Assembly (NCBI GenBank): GCA_040881505.1
Contig: JBBEDC010000019.1
Coordinates: 1-34,327 of the forward strand
Origin: Candidatus Anderseniibacteriota bacterium
Lineage (GTDB): Bacteria; Patescibacteriota; Andersenbacteria; UBA10190
DNA: 34,327 bases
Direction: 5' to 3'
The notes below the pieces were generated by a model that saw only the letters and a list, made by a program, of their open reading frames with translations, searched no databases and had not been told where the DNA came from. How positions within the stretch are numbered: the stretch's first letter is position 1; every line of letters begins with the position of its first letter. The position numbers and the translations under genes are program-made. Positions 18,615 to 28,710 of the stretch are shown piece by piece.

Positions 18615-19355
18615 CAACGTTTCACGTGAACGAAAAATGGCAATATGATTCATCGGCAGGCTGAGGTATGTGTAGTGATAAAATTTCTTCAGGGAAGGTA
18701 TTGGTAGCCTTTGCAAGCTCGCGAAAAACGAATCAAAGCCGAGAGCTAGTATGTTGTTTATTACATAGATTGGGCTAAATACCCACTTCAAGCCAAGTGA
18801 GGCAAAAAAGAGAGAAGACAGCTGAAAGAGTGAGCCGATGTAGCCGGTGGTTGGAGTAATGGATACAGTCTCAAAGCCTCTAAATAGATATATTAGACCG
18901 AACTTGGTGAATCTGTAGTAATCAACGCGCCAATAGGGGTGGTCATTTACGTTGAAGGTATGAACTGGGGCTTTTGCGGCTGGTATAACGTCGCTATGAT
19001 CTCGCACGGTATGCGGTACAGTAAGAATAAGTAATCCCCCTGGCTTTAAAATACGTTTAATTTCCTGAACGGTATTTTCTGTTTCTGCGATGTGTTCCAG
19101 CGATTGATTAAGGATTATGCCATCAACGCTCGCGTTAGGAAGAGGGATGTCCCAAGCAGGTGCAACAACATCTGGATTTACTGATGCGACTGGGTCGACT
19201 CCAACATAGCTGCAGTTGAAGAAGTGTTTATACGGCATTCGTCCACACCCTATATCAAGCACCTTTTGACCTGACTGAAAGTTTTTGGCGAACTGCTCCA
19301 TCGCCTTGTCTATATGTCGCCCTGACAGAAACCCAGGAGTGAAGATGCTGACCAT
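18609..19355 (-). CDS. Class I SAM-dependent methyltransferase (Methyltransf_11-like)
   Basis: VLDIGCG, LEH, RILKPGG, DYYRFT; start set at ATG 19355. Confidence 0.85.
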   Translation of the reverse strand: MVSIFTPGFLSGRHIDKAMEQFAKNFQSGQKVLDIGCGRMPYKHFFNCSYVGVDPVASVNPDVVAPAWDIPLPNASVDGIILNQSLEHIAETENTVQEIKRILKPGGLLILTVPHTVRDHSDVIPAAKAPVHTFNVNDHPYWRVDYYRFTKFGLIYLFRGFETVSITPTTGYIGSLFQLSSLFFASLGLKWVFSPIYVINNILALGFDSFFASLQRLPIPSLKKFYHYTYLSLPMNHIAIFRSRETLL

Positions 19356-19374
19356 AGAATGTTCGAGCCGTTGC

Positions 19375-20061
19375 TTACTTTTGATCTTTTCTAACGACTG
19401 CGTATAGCTCACCGAAGTTTACGTGTAGGTGTTCGATTTTAAGACCAGCTTCTTTCATCTCGCGACGGAATACTTCCGTTGTGTATTCAATAAAATGTGT
19501 ATCATCAAGGCGATAAGGCAAGCCCTGCTCTTTTTTGTAGACAGTAATCCAGTCGCGGGTAAGCATCGGTACACGAATAAGAATTTTCGGGGCCACGTGT
19601 TGGAGTTTCTGCAAGAATTCAATCCGGTGCTCGATATGCTCCAATACATTTGAAAGGACGATCACGTCGAATGGTTCTTGAAAAGAATATGTTGTCGCAT
19701 CACCTACGAGGAACTCAAGATTGTCACGTTGGTATGTTTTCTTGGCGTGAGCAACATTCGCTGGACGGATGTCTATTCCTGCGACTACTTTAGCCTTCTC
19801 GGCTAATTTGTATGCCACTGCCCCGTTTCCTGAGCCAACATCAAGGACTCGGTCGGTTGGATCAATGTGCTCAAGGAAAAAGCGATAGTAATTCTGGATA
19901 GCATGCTTTGGATGGATTCCGGTATGCGATGCAAAAAATGAAATCTGGTGATAGCTCGTGTTATGTAGCCAAACCAGCAGTCGCAACACTGGCTTTCGAG
20001 CCGATGTCCCCCGCAGGGCCGTAAGGCCGTCAAGGATTAATTTTCTATGGAATCGTGGCAT
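19375..20061 (-). CDS. Class I SAM-dependent methyltransferase
   Basis: VLDVGSGNG, GID, GDA, FDVIVLSNVLEH; start ATG 20061. Confidence 0.85.
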   Translation of the reverse strand: MPRFHRKLILDGLTALRGTSARKPVLRLLVWLHNTSYHQISFFASHTGIHPKHAIQNYYRFFLEHIDPTDRVLDVGSGNGAVAYKLAEKAKVVAGIDIRPANVAHAKKTYQRDNLEFLVGDATTYSFQEPFDVIVLSNVLEHIEHRIEFLQKLQHVAPKILIRVPMLTRDWITVYKKEQGLPYRLDDTHFIEYTTEVFRREMKEAGLKIEHLHVNFGELYAVVRKDQK

Positions 20062-20092
20062 GGAGTATCCCAACTGTAATCGACCGTGCCGA

Positions 20093-20734
20093 TTATTTCC
20101 AGTTAAAATCGATATTTGAAAATCCCTCCGCAGATACCCTCGATTTTATAGTAGCTGCTCTCTCCTTTAGTTGTGGTAGTTGTTCTTCGTGGGTTTCGAC
20201 AAGAACATGCTGAATGCGAGAAAGGGCTCCAGTATTAAGAAGATGTTCGATAATGTCGTACTCTACTCCTTCAATATCAATCTTCATCAGAGCGATGTCC
20301 TGGTTCAGATCAATAACAAACTGGGCAATATCGATCGTTTCTACTGTGTCGAAAGCATTACGATCAACATTAGATTTTTCAGGCACAAGTGAAGAAGCAA
20401 CTGACCAACGAACCGGATCTGTTTGAGCTTGTTGATGGTGGTATAAGCGAAGCCGATCCTTCTTATTCCATACCGCCTTTTGGTATATATGAACGTTTGG
20501 AAAGTTTCTAAAACGTTTTTGCAGTACTTGGTAAGGCGAAGGGTCAGGCTCAAAGGCATACACTGTTGCTCCTGAAGTAGCCATTAAGGCCGTAACGTTT
20601 CCTACATTTGCTCCGCAATCGATAGCAATACTTTGCGACGTTAACGCTTTAAATTCAGTCGCATATCGACTATTAACATACCTTTTGTATTGTCGTCGTA
20701 CATTAAATTTTCTAATCAGGTCCCGTATATACAT
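20093..20734 (-). CDS. FkbM-family methyltransferase
   Basis: IDCGANVG, AFEP, MKIDIEGVE, VETH. Confidence 0.9.
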   Translation of the reverse strand: MYIRDLIRKFNVRRQYKRYVNSRYATEFKALTSQSIAIDCGANVGNVTALMATSGATVYAFEPDPSPYQVLQKRFRNFPNVHIYQKAVWNKKDRLRLYHHQQAQTDPVRWSVASSLVPEKSNVDRNAFDTVETIDIAQFVIDLNQDIALMKIDIEGVEYDIIEHLLNTGALSRIQHVLVETHEEQLPQLKERAATIKSRVSAEGFSNIDFNWK

Positions 20735-20737
20735 ATA

Positions 20738-21166
20738 TTACGTATTGTTCCGTAAGAACCGTGGCGTGGGGTCCTGTCCAAAGATAAAAACTGTTATTTT
20801 TGCAAAAAATGATCGATGCCGAGCAATGTGTTGGTAGGTTTTTTCGCATAACCATCTGACACCAGGTATGTGAGCATAACTCCAATACCACCAGCGGTAT
20901 CTTCCTGCCAACTTGAGCACATACAGTACAGCCTCTGCTCCTAGCAAATAGCTTCCATCGGGAAGCATGAGATGAACGGCTCGCTCAAACTGTGCTGTTG
21001 GAATACTTGGATACTGGCTTTGTACTTCTTGAAAGGGAGTGTATTCGACTTGGCGGCCTGTATGACAATGCCATCGATACACCCACCAGCGACAAAAAAG
21101 GCAATCAGCGTCAAATACCAGTAATGGCTTTTGCAATGATGCATTATGATGGTATCGTTTTATCAT
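20738..21166 (-). CDS. DCC1-like (DUF393/YuxK) thiol-disulfide oxidoreductase
   Basis: LVFDADCLFC (DxxCxxC), GAEA, Y..IARHR. Confidence 0.85.
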   Translation of the reverse strand: MIKRYHHNASLQKPLLVFDADCLFCRWWVYRWHCHTGRQVEYTPFQEVQSQYPSIPTAQFERAVHLMLPDGSYLLGAEAVLYVLKLAGRYRWWYWSYAHIPGVRWLCEKTYQHIARHRSFFAKITVFIFGQDPTPRFLRNNT

Positions 21167-21172
21167 AGGTAA

Positions 21173-21180
21173 AGTATACT
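21173..21180. promoter_or_regulatory. Palindromic AGTATACT giving a TATACT -10 hexamer on both strands between divergent genes
   Basis: Minus strand reads TATACT-TTACCT-ATG(21166); plus strand has TATACT at 21175-21180 upstream of 21197. Confidence 0.45.
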
Positions 21181-21196
21181 ATGAACGGCTACTTCC

Positions 21197-21811
21197 TTGA
21201 ATACAACGCATATGTCCGCTGGTGCGCTTCATGCAGCCTCAGTTATTGTCTTTAGTGGCTTTTTCCTGGCCAGTTTTTACGTCATTGCCGTAAATCAAGC
21301 CTGGGCACGGACTTTGTTTATCTGGGGATTTGTAGGGGTGCTTACGGTTGCTGGAGTCACTGGATATGCATTCTGGCCGTTGTTTGATTGGCACCTGTAC
21401 CCGCATACAGCCGAATCTTCCTTCGTCTTTTATGAAATTCGCCTAAGTGATAAGCAGGGGCATGAAATTCCGTATGACGCTTGGGCCGCTTCTCCTACAT
21501 TAACTACACCTGTCCGCCGATATGCTGCTCGACTCATTGCGTACAATGATACTCGGGCAGAGGAATTAGCACGTTTTTTCCTCGTCCAAGCGAATATGTA
21601 TCGTGAGCATATTCAGGGCGGGGGACAAAGTAAATATGCGTGGTATGTTTTCCCTCCCCATCAGTATGGATACTCCTGGGACGCCGAAGAACTGAGCGGT
21701 ATTCAGACTTTTTCAGAACTGCATGTATTCAAGCGTGAAGTTCAGATGTCAGAAGATGGCAAGCACATTTTGGTTGACCGGGAAAACCTTGTTCGTACCT
21801 TCTCACTATGA
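21197..21811 (+). CDS. Membrane-anchored hypothetical protein, probable HTTM partner (start may be ATG 21212)
   Basis: Two N-terminal TM helices, then WPLFDWHLY and a soluble domain; ATGA overlap with the HTTM gene. Confidence 0.65.
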   Translation: MNTTHMSAGALHAASVIVFSGFFLASFYVIAVNQAWARTLFIWGFVGVLTVAGVTGYAFWPLFDWHLYPHTAESSFVFYEIRLSDKQGHEIPYDAWAASPTLTTPVRRYAARLIAYNDTRAEELARFFLVQANMYREHIQGGGQSKYAWYVFPPHQYGYSWDAEELSGIQTFSELHVFKREVQMSEDGKHILVDRENLVRTFSL

Positions 21812-22719
21812 GGCTCTTTATAAACTACTTTGCTGAGCCTGAACGCTTTTCGCCTTTCAATCTGCTCGTTGCTCGCGTTGTCTTAGCTGCGTACGCCATA
21901 TGGAAACTGCTCTCATATCGCTTAGGGGAGCTACAGCACTGGCCGGACTTTTTGTTCGAACAGAGTCTGCACAGTCCGTTTCTTCCATTTGTATCATATC
22001 GAGAATATCTTCCATATGTTCAGTGGACCATTGCTTTTCTCATCATCCTGGTCGCCATAGGTGTTTGGAGGAAGTGGGCAGCATTTCTTGCGGCATTACT
22101 TTTGGCTCATACAATTGCAATTCACTATGTAGTCACTAATTCCGGAGCAACCTTTTTGCCGGTTGTATACGCGCTCATTCTTTACGCAGTGTTTGAGTTT
22201 CAAGATCCCTATCATCGGACTACTCTTGCGGATATTGGGCGTAGGGGTTGGACTAGGTCCAAGAGCTTCTTACAACCAGGAAAAGCATCTAGGTATCGTC
22301 TGGATTGGTTAAAATGGATGCTTGTTGTAATAGGCATGACCTATGCCTTTACTGGCTTGTCCAAGATGGCGTCTGCTCAGGTGAATTGGTTTAGTCCATA
22401 CAACCTATCTCGCACTATTCTGCGAGAAAACATCATGTCTTTTGGTGAACTGCTTCCAGCTGCTGCACTTATGATTCAGAGCGAAGTCGTGCTTACTATG
22501 TCTACAATCGCCACTATTATATTCGAAGTTGGTCTGATTCTTGTGATTATCTTGCGCCGGAGAATCGATATTTTCGTATTAGGCTTGCTTGGAATGCACG
22601 TGATGATAGCGCTTACGATGGGAATATTTTTCTTTGATCAATTTATACTCTTTGCTCTGTTTGTTCCTTGGGATGCATTAGTACATCGCTTCACACGTGG
22701 TGTCTGGCCCACTGATTAA
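21808..22719 (+). CDS. HTTM-domain (vitamin-K-dependent carboxylase-like) membrane protein
   Basis: Polytopic; L...R near the N-terminus, YAFTGLSK, W, FE and H..I...MGIFF pattern of HTTM domains. Confidence 0.7.
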   Translation: MRLFINYFAEPERFSPFNLLVARVVLAAYAIWKLLSYRLGELQHWPDFLFEQSLHSPFLPFVSYREYLPYVQWTIAFLIILVAIGVWRKWAAFLAALLLAHTIAIHYVVTNSGATFLPVVYALILYAVFEFQDPYHRTTLADIGRRGWTRSKSFLQPGKASRYRLDWLKWMLVVIGMTYAFTGLSKMASAQVNWFSPYNLSRTILRENIMSFGELLPAAALMIQSEVVLTMSTIATIIFEVGLILVIILRRRIDIFVLGLLGMHVMIALTMGIFFFDQFILFALFVPWDALVHRFTRGVWPTD

Positions 22720-24445
22720 AGGTGTATAGCTGCCACACCTTGCCGCTATTTGTCTCATTTTCCAAGAAATGATCCAAAGCTTCCTGCTTTATTAGCCCTT
22801 TCTCAGCCAATACGCTTGTTTTCAATGAGCGGTAGACGTGATCATTGGCCCACTGCATGATCGGGGCGCTAAATCCCTTTTTGGGTCGTTTTATAACTGA
22901 GGGAGGCAGCGAGTGGGTGGCTATGGATTTCAGTAGGTGTTTGCGACGACCCAGGGGGTGGATAATCGAGCCTGGTAAGGAATGGACATACTCAACCAAT
23001 GTGTGGTCAAGAAAGGGAACGCGGACCTCCACGCCATGAGCCATGTTCGCAATATCAACTTTGTATAAAATGTCATCTACTAGAAATGTTTTAAAATCAA
23101 TCCAGTTAATAGTGTCGGCGGAAATTCTCGAACCCTTGTGACGGTGATAGAGGTGAGAGCTTGAAGGAGGGGTTGGTAGGTTAAACAGAGCTGCGACTTC
23201 CGTATTTGTGAAGCGGTTGAACATGTGTTTGCGGTATCGCTCGAGCGGATCCTCCTCATAGTATCCAAGCGCTTTCTGCAAAAAGGATGGTAACAGCGAA
23301 CTATACTGGAAGGTGGTGTACCATCTGTATCCATAGAACAATTCATCTGCGCCATCTCCAGAGAGGACGCTCTTGATTCCTAACTTACGGGTTGCTTTAG
23401 CTAATAGGTATGTTGGTACGATGGAGCTGTCTGCAAATGGTTCATCATATGCGGCAAATATTGCGTCAAGCTCGGTCATAAATTCATTCCTACCCACCTT
23501 CTCCGCATGTAGGGTGATGCCAATATGTTCAGCGGCCTGCCTGGCATAGTCAACTTCGCTGTATTTTGGGGGTTGTATGTCAATTGTTAAGGCCCGGATG
23601 TCATGCTTGCGTTCGCGTGCTTCTGCGCTGATAAGTGATGAATCAATCCCACCGCTTAAAAACGTACCTACCTCAACATCCGCAACTAGATGGTAACGCA
23701 CGCTTTCATCCATCAGCTTGGCAACGTGCTGGAGGGCCTCCTTGCGTGATACCTCGTTTGTCCCCGAAACGGCTGGAAGTTGCCAATATGTGCGGTTTGT
23801 GAGCGTGAAGGTAGTAAGATCTAGCTCTAAGTAATGGCCGGGTTCCAATTTATATACATCTTCATAGATCGTATCGGGGTTGGGAATGTATCGATATACT
23901 AAGAAGTCACTAATCGATTGGGGGCGGATCGTTTTTGATACAACAGGGGAATGGGTTAATGCCTTAAGCTCCGATGCAAAAATTAGATTGTTGCCGTCCC
24001 AGTAGTATACTAACGGCTTGATGCCAACTCGATCCCGCACTAGATATACTTTTTTCGCCTTTTGGTCATATATCACAAAGGCAAACATGCCACGCAGCTG
24101 TTCTAGCGTCCGTGCTAGTCCCCAGCTACGGTATGCCTCAAGAATAACCTCGGTGTCCGTATGGGATACAAAATGTGAGTTATGAAGGCGCTGTCGTATA
24201 TCCAAAAAGTTATAAATCTCCCCATTGAACGATATTGCTATAGACTTGTCTTTACTCCACATCGGTTGGGTTCCGGCAGTGGAGGTATCAATGATGCTCA
24301 ACCGGGTATGTCCTAAAAACACGTTACCCTGACAATAGGTCCCGGATCCATCGGGGCCACGATGGTGCAGGGAAGCAACCATCTTCTCCGCAACTGTGCG
24401 GTTGATAGGTGCGTTGTGTGAAATGTGGCCGACAATACCGCACAT
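22691..24445 (-). CDS. asnB: Asparagine synthase (glutamine-hydrolysing)-family amidotransferase, probably glycan-modifying
   Basis: MCGI (N-terminal Cys), HRGPD, FNGEIYN, LSGGIDS, SGDGADELFYGY, EVRVPFLD, KKGF. Confidence 0.92.
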   Translation of the reverse strand: MCGIVGHISHNAPINRTVAEKMVASLHHRGPDGSGTYCQGNVFLGHTRLSIIDTSTAGTQPMWSKDKSIAISFNGEIYNFLDIRQRLHNSHFVSHTDTEVILEAYRSWGLARTLEQLRGMFAFVIYDQKAKKVYLVRDRVGIKPLVYYWDGNNLIFASELKALTHSPVVSKTIRPQSISDFLVYRYIPNPDTIYEDVYKLEPGHYLELDLTTFTLTNRTYWQLPAVSGTNEVSRKEALQHVAKLMDESVRYHLVADVEVGTFLSGGIDSSLISAEARERKHDIRALTIDIQPPKYSEVDYARQAAEHIGITLHAEKVGRNEFMTELDAIFAAYDEPFADSSIVPTYLLAKATRKLGIKSVLSGDGADELFYGYRWYTTFQYSSLLPSFLQKALGYYEEDPLERYRKHMFNRFTNTEVAALFNLPTPPSSSHLYHRHKGSRISADTINWIDFKTFLVDDILYKVDIANMAHGVEVRVPFLDHTLVEYVHSLPGSIIHPLGRRKHLLKSIATHSLPPSVIKRPKKGFSAPIMQWANDHVYRSLKTSVLAEKGLIKQEALDHFLENETNSGKVWQLYTFNQWARHHV

Positions 24446-24452
24446 ACGATGA

Positions 24453-25478
24453 CTACAGGGCTTGCTTGGTACCCTTTACATTAAGCGCCCAGGGTTTGCG
24501 AAAGAAAGCGGAGCGACGAGGCTTTCGGGAGTCGATATGGTTAAATCCTGTTTTTCGAAACCAGCCTTCCACTTCGGGGTATGTATGATGGGTGGCAATT
24601 GGGGCTGAATACCAATCAAACATATGATGGGTGGTCGGCTGAAGACGCAAAAAGCCGTTTATGATCGTCAACAGGGCAGGGTGAATATGATGAAGATAGG
24701 AAGCTAAGCTGGCCAAGCGCCGGGAGAGAACAATGGCTCTCTCAATCGAAAGGCGCGTAGTATACCTTCTGAGTATGTAGTCGTTCAGTTCCCAAAGTGG
24801 GTTTAACTTATGGTAGAGATGGGCGACAAACACTCCTCCAAAGTGAACCGTACGGGCAATCTCGATGAACGCTTTCTGGGCATTACCCGTGTGCATTAGT
24901 ACACCATTACTAAAAACCGCATCAATGCTCCCATTCTTGAAAGGGAGGGCGAACAAGCTGGCTTGAATGACGATAACGTTATCAAGGTTTTTAGTGTTCT
25001 TGGCCGCTGAGGCGACAGATCCGTAGCCGATATCAACCCCGATCACAGTATTATCCGTGCGGGATGCCGCTTCGTACGTATATCGCCCGTTGCCACAACC
25101 AGCATCGAGGATAACATTGCTATTTTCTAACTCAGATGCCGTGAGACGACATTTACTGTCGAAGGCTAGCCTGCGAGCCTCAGAGGTACCTCCATGCCAC
25201 ATATGTCGCTCGGAGGGCTTTAGAGTTTTGTCATCAACAAATCCCCAATTTTCGAACACTTCCCACTCATAACCGAAATAATTTTTAGTTTTTTCTTCAA
25301 GCGTGGAATGTGTTTTACTGAGTTTGTAGTATTCCTTTTCAACAAACCGGATAACTCCGTCAATAATAGGAAATTCAGCCTCACAGGATTTACAGCTCAA
25401 CGAATCTGGGTGTTGACTAAGTTGTCCCTCGCACTTGGTGCACTGTAAAAGAGGAAGAATGATTGGAAGACGATTCAT
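24453..25478 (-). CDS. SAM methyltransferase with N-terminal Trm112-like zinc ribbon
   Basis: CTKC...CKSC...FPIIDGV, then FGYEW, ILDAGCGNGR, GVLMHT and FDWYS. Confidence 0.85.
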   Translation of the reverse strand: MNRLPIILPLLQCTKCEGQLSQHPDSLSCKSCEAEFPIIDGVIRFVEKEYYKLSKTHSTLEEKTKNYFGYEWEVFENWGFVDDKTLKPSERHMWHGGTSEARRLAFDSKCRLTASELENSNVILDAGCGNGRYTYEAASRTDNTVIGVDIGYGSVASAAKNTKNLDNVIVIQASLFALPFKNGSIDAVFSNGVLMHTGNAQKAFIEIARTVHFGGVFVAHLYHKLNPLWELNDYILRRYTTRLSIERAIVLSRRLASLASYLHHIHPALLTIINGFLRLQPTTHHMFDWYSAPIATHHTYPEVEGWFRKTGFNHIDSRKPRRSAFFRKPWALNVKGTKQAL

Positions 25479-26704
25479 AGGACAAAGAAGTTAAGGATTT
25501 TTTGGCACCGTTGCTGGTATGTAAATTGATAAATTTTTTGCTTAGCGCATGTCGCTCGTTGCTTAGCAGCTGCTGTATTATCTAATGTGGAGTTTGTGAG
25601 CGCAACAAGTTCTTCGACCATGTTAGAGTTGGCGATAAGGCTGTCTTTGTTATGTTCGAGTATCCGGCTGGTGGCAGGTGAAGACGTGGCCACTATAGGC
25701 GTACCACTGGCCATGTATTCGAATAGCTTCAGAGGAGAGGTGGTGTCGTAGTCCATTACACTTCGTTTTAGATCTTCCGGACAAAGGAGTAAAACATCTG
25801 CCGCCTGCCGATACTTAACAGCCTGTTTGGGGGGGACTGGACCAATAATTTTAACATTTGAAAGGTTACGTGAAGAGCACATACGTCGATAGGAGTTTGC
25901 AGTTCGGGTAGGCCCGCCTACTACAACGTATGTAACATCCCGTCGCGAACGCATGCGCTCAGCCATATCTAAAATTGTTGGAATGCCTTTTCCGTGATGC
26001 AAGCTACCAACATACATGACTAATCTCTTACTTGGCAGACTCAATTCATTTCGCAAGGCGGTTAGATTAAACGTTTCTGGAGCAATATCCTCCTCATCAA
26101 CTGCATCTTCAGCCACAAGAATCTTTGAAGCAGGTATTCCAGCGTCCATATATCTATCCCGAATGCTTTCATGGATCGTGGTGATGCCCAAAAATGCTGC
26201 TTTCTGGGACAGGCTAAGTGTTCGAAGAAGGTGGGGATGGTCTAGGGCTGCACGGTGGGTTTCCATAATTGTGGGGATACCATTTTTTACCAGCGTATAC
26301 ACTGCCCGGTAGGTGCGCGCATACACCAGGTCCGGCTTGAGCTTAATCACCTGTTGAGCAAGCTCAACTTCCGGGTCATGAAAATACCGCGCTTTGAGGC
26401 CTGAAACTTTATCGAGAGCAGTTAACGCCCACGAAAGCGGAAACATGTCGCGGTAATAGTATAGTGAGTGGTCACGAACCAGGTGAATAGGGATAGATTC
26501 AGGAATGCCATAAAATTGGTGCATGCTTGAGAGGGCTCTGAACATACTGTATTCACTGCGGTGAAGAACGCTAAATATTGTCGGCTTCAGCCCGATATCT
26601 CCAAATCCCTTGGCATGCTTAGCGGTATTGATACTATGAGCCCAGTAGCTTGGGATATGCCCGGACGTGACTATCGCAATGGACTTAGCAGTATTAGTTT
26701 CCAT
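25475..26704 (-). CDS. GT4 family glycosyltransferase
   Basis: YVGSL..GKG, ADVLL, SPLKLFEYMASGTPIV; start set at ATG 26704 (METNTAK) to remove overlap with the divergent gene. Confidence 0.88.
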   Translation of the reverse strand: METNTAKSIAIVTSGHIPSYWAHSINTAKHAKGFGDIGLKPTIFSVLHRSEYSMFRALSSMHQFYGIPESIPIHLVRDHSLYYYRDMFPLSWALTALDKVSGLKARYFHDPEVELAQQVIKLKPDLVYARTYRAVYTLVKNGIPTIMETHRAALDHPHLLRTLSLSQKAAFLGITTIHESIRDRYMDAGIPASKILVAEDAVDEEDIAPETFNLTALRNELSLPSKRLVMYVGSLHHGKGIPTILDMAERMRSRRDVTYVVVGGPTRTANSYRRMCSSRNLSNVKIIGPVPPKQAVKYRQAADVLLLCPEDLKRSVMDYDTTSPLKLFEYMASGTPIVATSSPATSRILEHNKDSLIANSNMVEELVALTNSTLDNTAAAKQRATCAKQKIYQFTYQQRCQKILNFFVL

Positions 26705-26804
26705 ATGGTCTAGTCTTTCTACCATAGGCAACATTGCTTGCCCATGTACAGCGGATCTCCCATGGCTATCTATACAAGAATATCGTATTCTCACCTCATA
26801 TCGA

Positions 26805-28664
26805 ATGAATACTTTGAAAAAAACCAATACTGGTCCTCAAGTGAGACGAGATAGGACTGAAATCATAAAGCAGTTCATGCACATTCTTGGCATGCGCTGG
26901 TATCACATTGCAATTCCTCTGTGCTTATCACTAGTGGTTTCAGCTGCTGATGCCATTGGTTTAGGACTCTTAGCTCCTTTAGCTCGTGGTGTTACAACGG
27001 GTAATTTTAGCATTGGGACAGGTCAACCGATTCTTGACAATACATTCGACTGGTTTATCAGTCTCGTGCAGGAAGGCCAAGGCAGTATTGCTCAAACCTT
27101 TTTTGTTCTGGCGGCTGCAATCTTAGGACTGAACGCTTTTTCAACTCTCGTAAGTTATGGCAACCGGGTATTCGGACGGTACTTGCAAGGCGTTTACAAA
27201 TATCGTTTGCATACAGCTGTGTATGATCGATACTTCCGTTTTGGGAAACTTTACTTTGACCGCGTGAGTCAGGGATATAGCAAGAAGCTTCTTGACTACA
27301 CTACTCGTGTTACAGAGTTGGTAAAAATGCTACAGGATTCTCTTACGAACACTGCTCGGCTGTTTGCCTACGTGCTTGTAATGGCTTGGCTCTCATGGAA
27401 GCTCCTTATTTTTGTTGCCTTAGTTTTTCCTGTGCTGTATTTCGTCTCGCGGACAATTATGAGACGGGTTAATCGATGGTGGGAGCAGTCAAAAGAAGTT
27501 TCGATGGAGCTTGGGCGTGAGTCATTCAGTATTCTTTCGGCTATGCCTCTGGTGTGGAGCTATACCCAAGAGAAGCCAACCCAGCAAAAGTATGCCCGGA
27601 TGAACGAAAGACTCCGTCAAGTGGAGCTCAAAGCTAATGCATTTGGAGATCTAACCGGTATTGTTCCTCGGTTATTCGCGCTGCTTATCCTGATCGCCGT
27701 CGTAGCTTTTATTTCGATTAGCCTCACTGAAAATCCAAACCAGGATATCACCAACTATATTGTGTTTTTGTATGTCGCTGCTCAGACTATGCCGCTCTTT
27801 AAGGTTTTTACTCAGATGTGGGCATCTGTTTCAGAAATGGCTCCTCCAACCCGGGAGATTATGCGGCTATTTACTGATAAGCGGAAGTTCTCTGTTCCGT
27901 CAGGAGACAAACAATTCACTAGGCTCTCAGAAGCAATTGAGTTTTCAAATCTGTCTTTTCAATATGACGACCGGCCCCTCCTCACTAATGTGAACTTCAC
28001 TGTTAAACGAGGACAGTTCGTGGCGCTGGTCGGTCCTTCTGGGGCAGGGAAGTCGACTATCATTAGTTTGTTAATGCGCTTTTATGATTGCCCATCTCAG
28101 TCCATTCTTATTGATGGAGAAGATATTCGATCCTTCACTACTCACTCTTTGCGTCAGAATATGGCGTATGTTGATCAAGATGCAGTGCTCCTTAATGATA
28201 CATTGCGGGCCAATATTAGCTATGGTCGACCCGAAACAACTGAGGATGATCTGCGACGCGCAATTAAAGCAGCAAACCTTGAGGAAACTATTGAGAGGCT
28301 TTCAGAAGGCTTGAATACGAACGTTGGAGACCGCGGTGTCCAGTTGTCTGGCGGTGAAAGGCAACGCGTCGCTCTTGCACGCGCACTCATTAAAGGCAGC
28401 GATATTATATTACTCGACGAGGCTACTAGTGCTCTGGATACCATCACTGAGCAGCGTGTTCAGGCGGCTATTCGACAGGCGCTTCGGAATAAGACGGCTA
28501 TTGTTATCGCTCACCGACTGTCTACCATCAAAGAAGCAGACTATATTGTCTATATGGAAAATGGGAGAGTTAAGGAGAGTGGGACACTTGAACAACTCTT
28601 AGCCCTCAAAGGCGCTTTTTACGCTCAATGGAACTTGCAGTCCTTTGCGCAGGGGACGAAGTAG
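26805..28664 (+). CDS. ABC exporter, fused permease/ATPase (MsbA/PglK/HepA-like; candidate lipid-linked glycan flippase)
   Basis: TM domain, then GPSGAGKS (Walker A), LSGGERQR, LLDEATSALD, IAHRLST; start set at ATG 26805. Confidence 0.9.
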   Translation: MNTLKKTNTGPQVRRDRTEIIKQFMHILGMRWYHIAIPLCLSLVVSAADAIGLGLLAPLARGVTTGNFSIGTGQPILDNTFDWFISLVQEGQGSIAQTFFVLAAAILGLNAFSTLVSYGNRVFGRYLQGVYKYRLHTAVYDRYFRFGKLYFDRVSQGYSKKLLDYTTRVTELVKMLQDSLTNTARLFAYVLVMAWLSWKLLIFVALVFPVLYFVSRTIMRRVNRWWEQSKEVSMELGRESFSILSAMPLVWSYTQEKPTQQKYARMNERLRQVELKANAFGDLTGIVPRLFALLILIAVVAFISISLTENPNQDITNYIVFLYVAAQTMPLFKVFTQMWASVSEMAPPTREIMRLFTDKRKFSVPSGDKQFTRLSEAIEFSNLSFQYDDRPLLTNVNFTVKRGQFVALVGPSGAGKSTIISLLMRFYDCPSQSILIDGEDIRSFTTHSLRQNMAYVDQDAVLLNDTLRANISYGRPETTEDDLRRAIKAANLEETIERLSEGLNTNVGDRGVQLSGGERQRVALARALIKGSDIILLDEATSALDTITEQRVQAAIRQALRNKTAIVIAHRLSTIKEADYIVYMENGRVKESGTLEQLLALKGAFYAQWNLQSFAQGTK

Positions 28665-28673
28665 TTCGGAATC

Positions 28674-28703
28674 TTGTTAACTCTTGTTCAGTTGGTATAT
28701 ACT
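28674..28703 (+). promoter_or_regulatory. Putative sigma70 promoter TTGTTA-N18-TATACT, leaderless geometry
   Basis: TATACT at 28698-28703 ends 7 nt before ATG 28711; no SD sequence present. Confidence 0.45.
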
Positions 28704-28710
28704 TTCAGAC

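Noticed and set aside
26667-26827. Apparent 161-nt head-to-head overlap of the GT4 and ABC genes
   Set aside because: Artefact of longest-ORF starts; ATG 26704 and ATG 26805 leave a 100-nt divergent gap.
28672-28690. Direct repeat TCTTGTTAA / TCTTGTTCA with 10-nt period over the putative -35
   Set aside because: Could be a regulator site, but two short copies seen once, with no regulator nearby, is not enough support.
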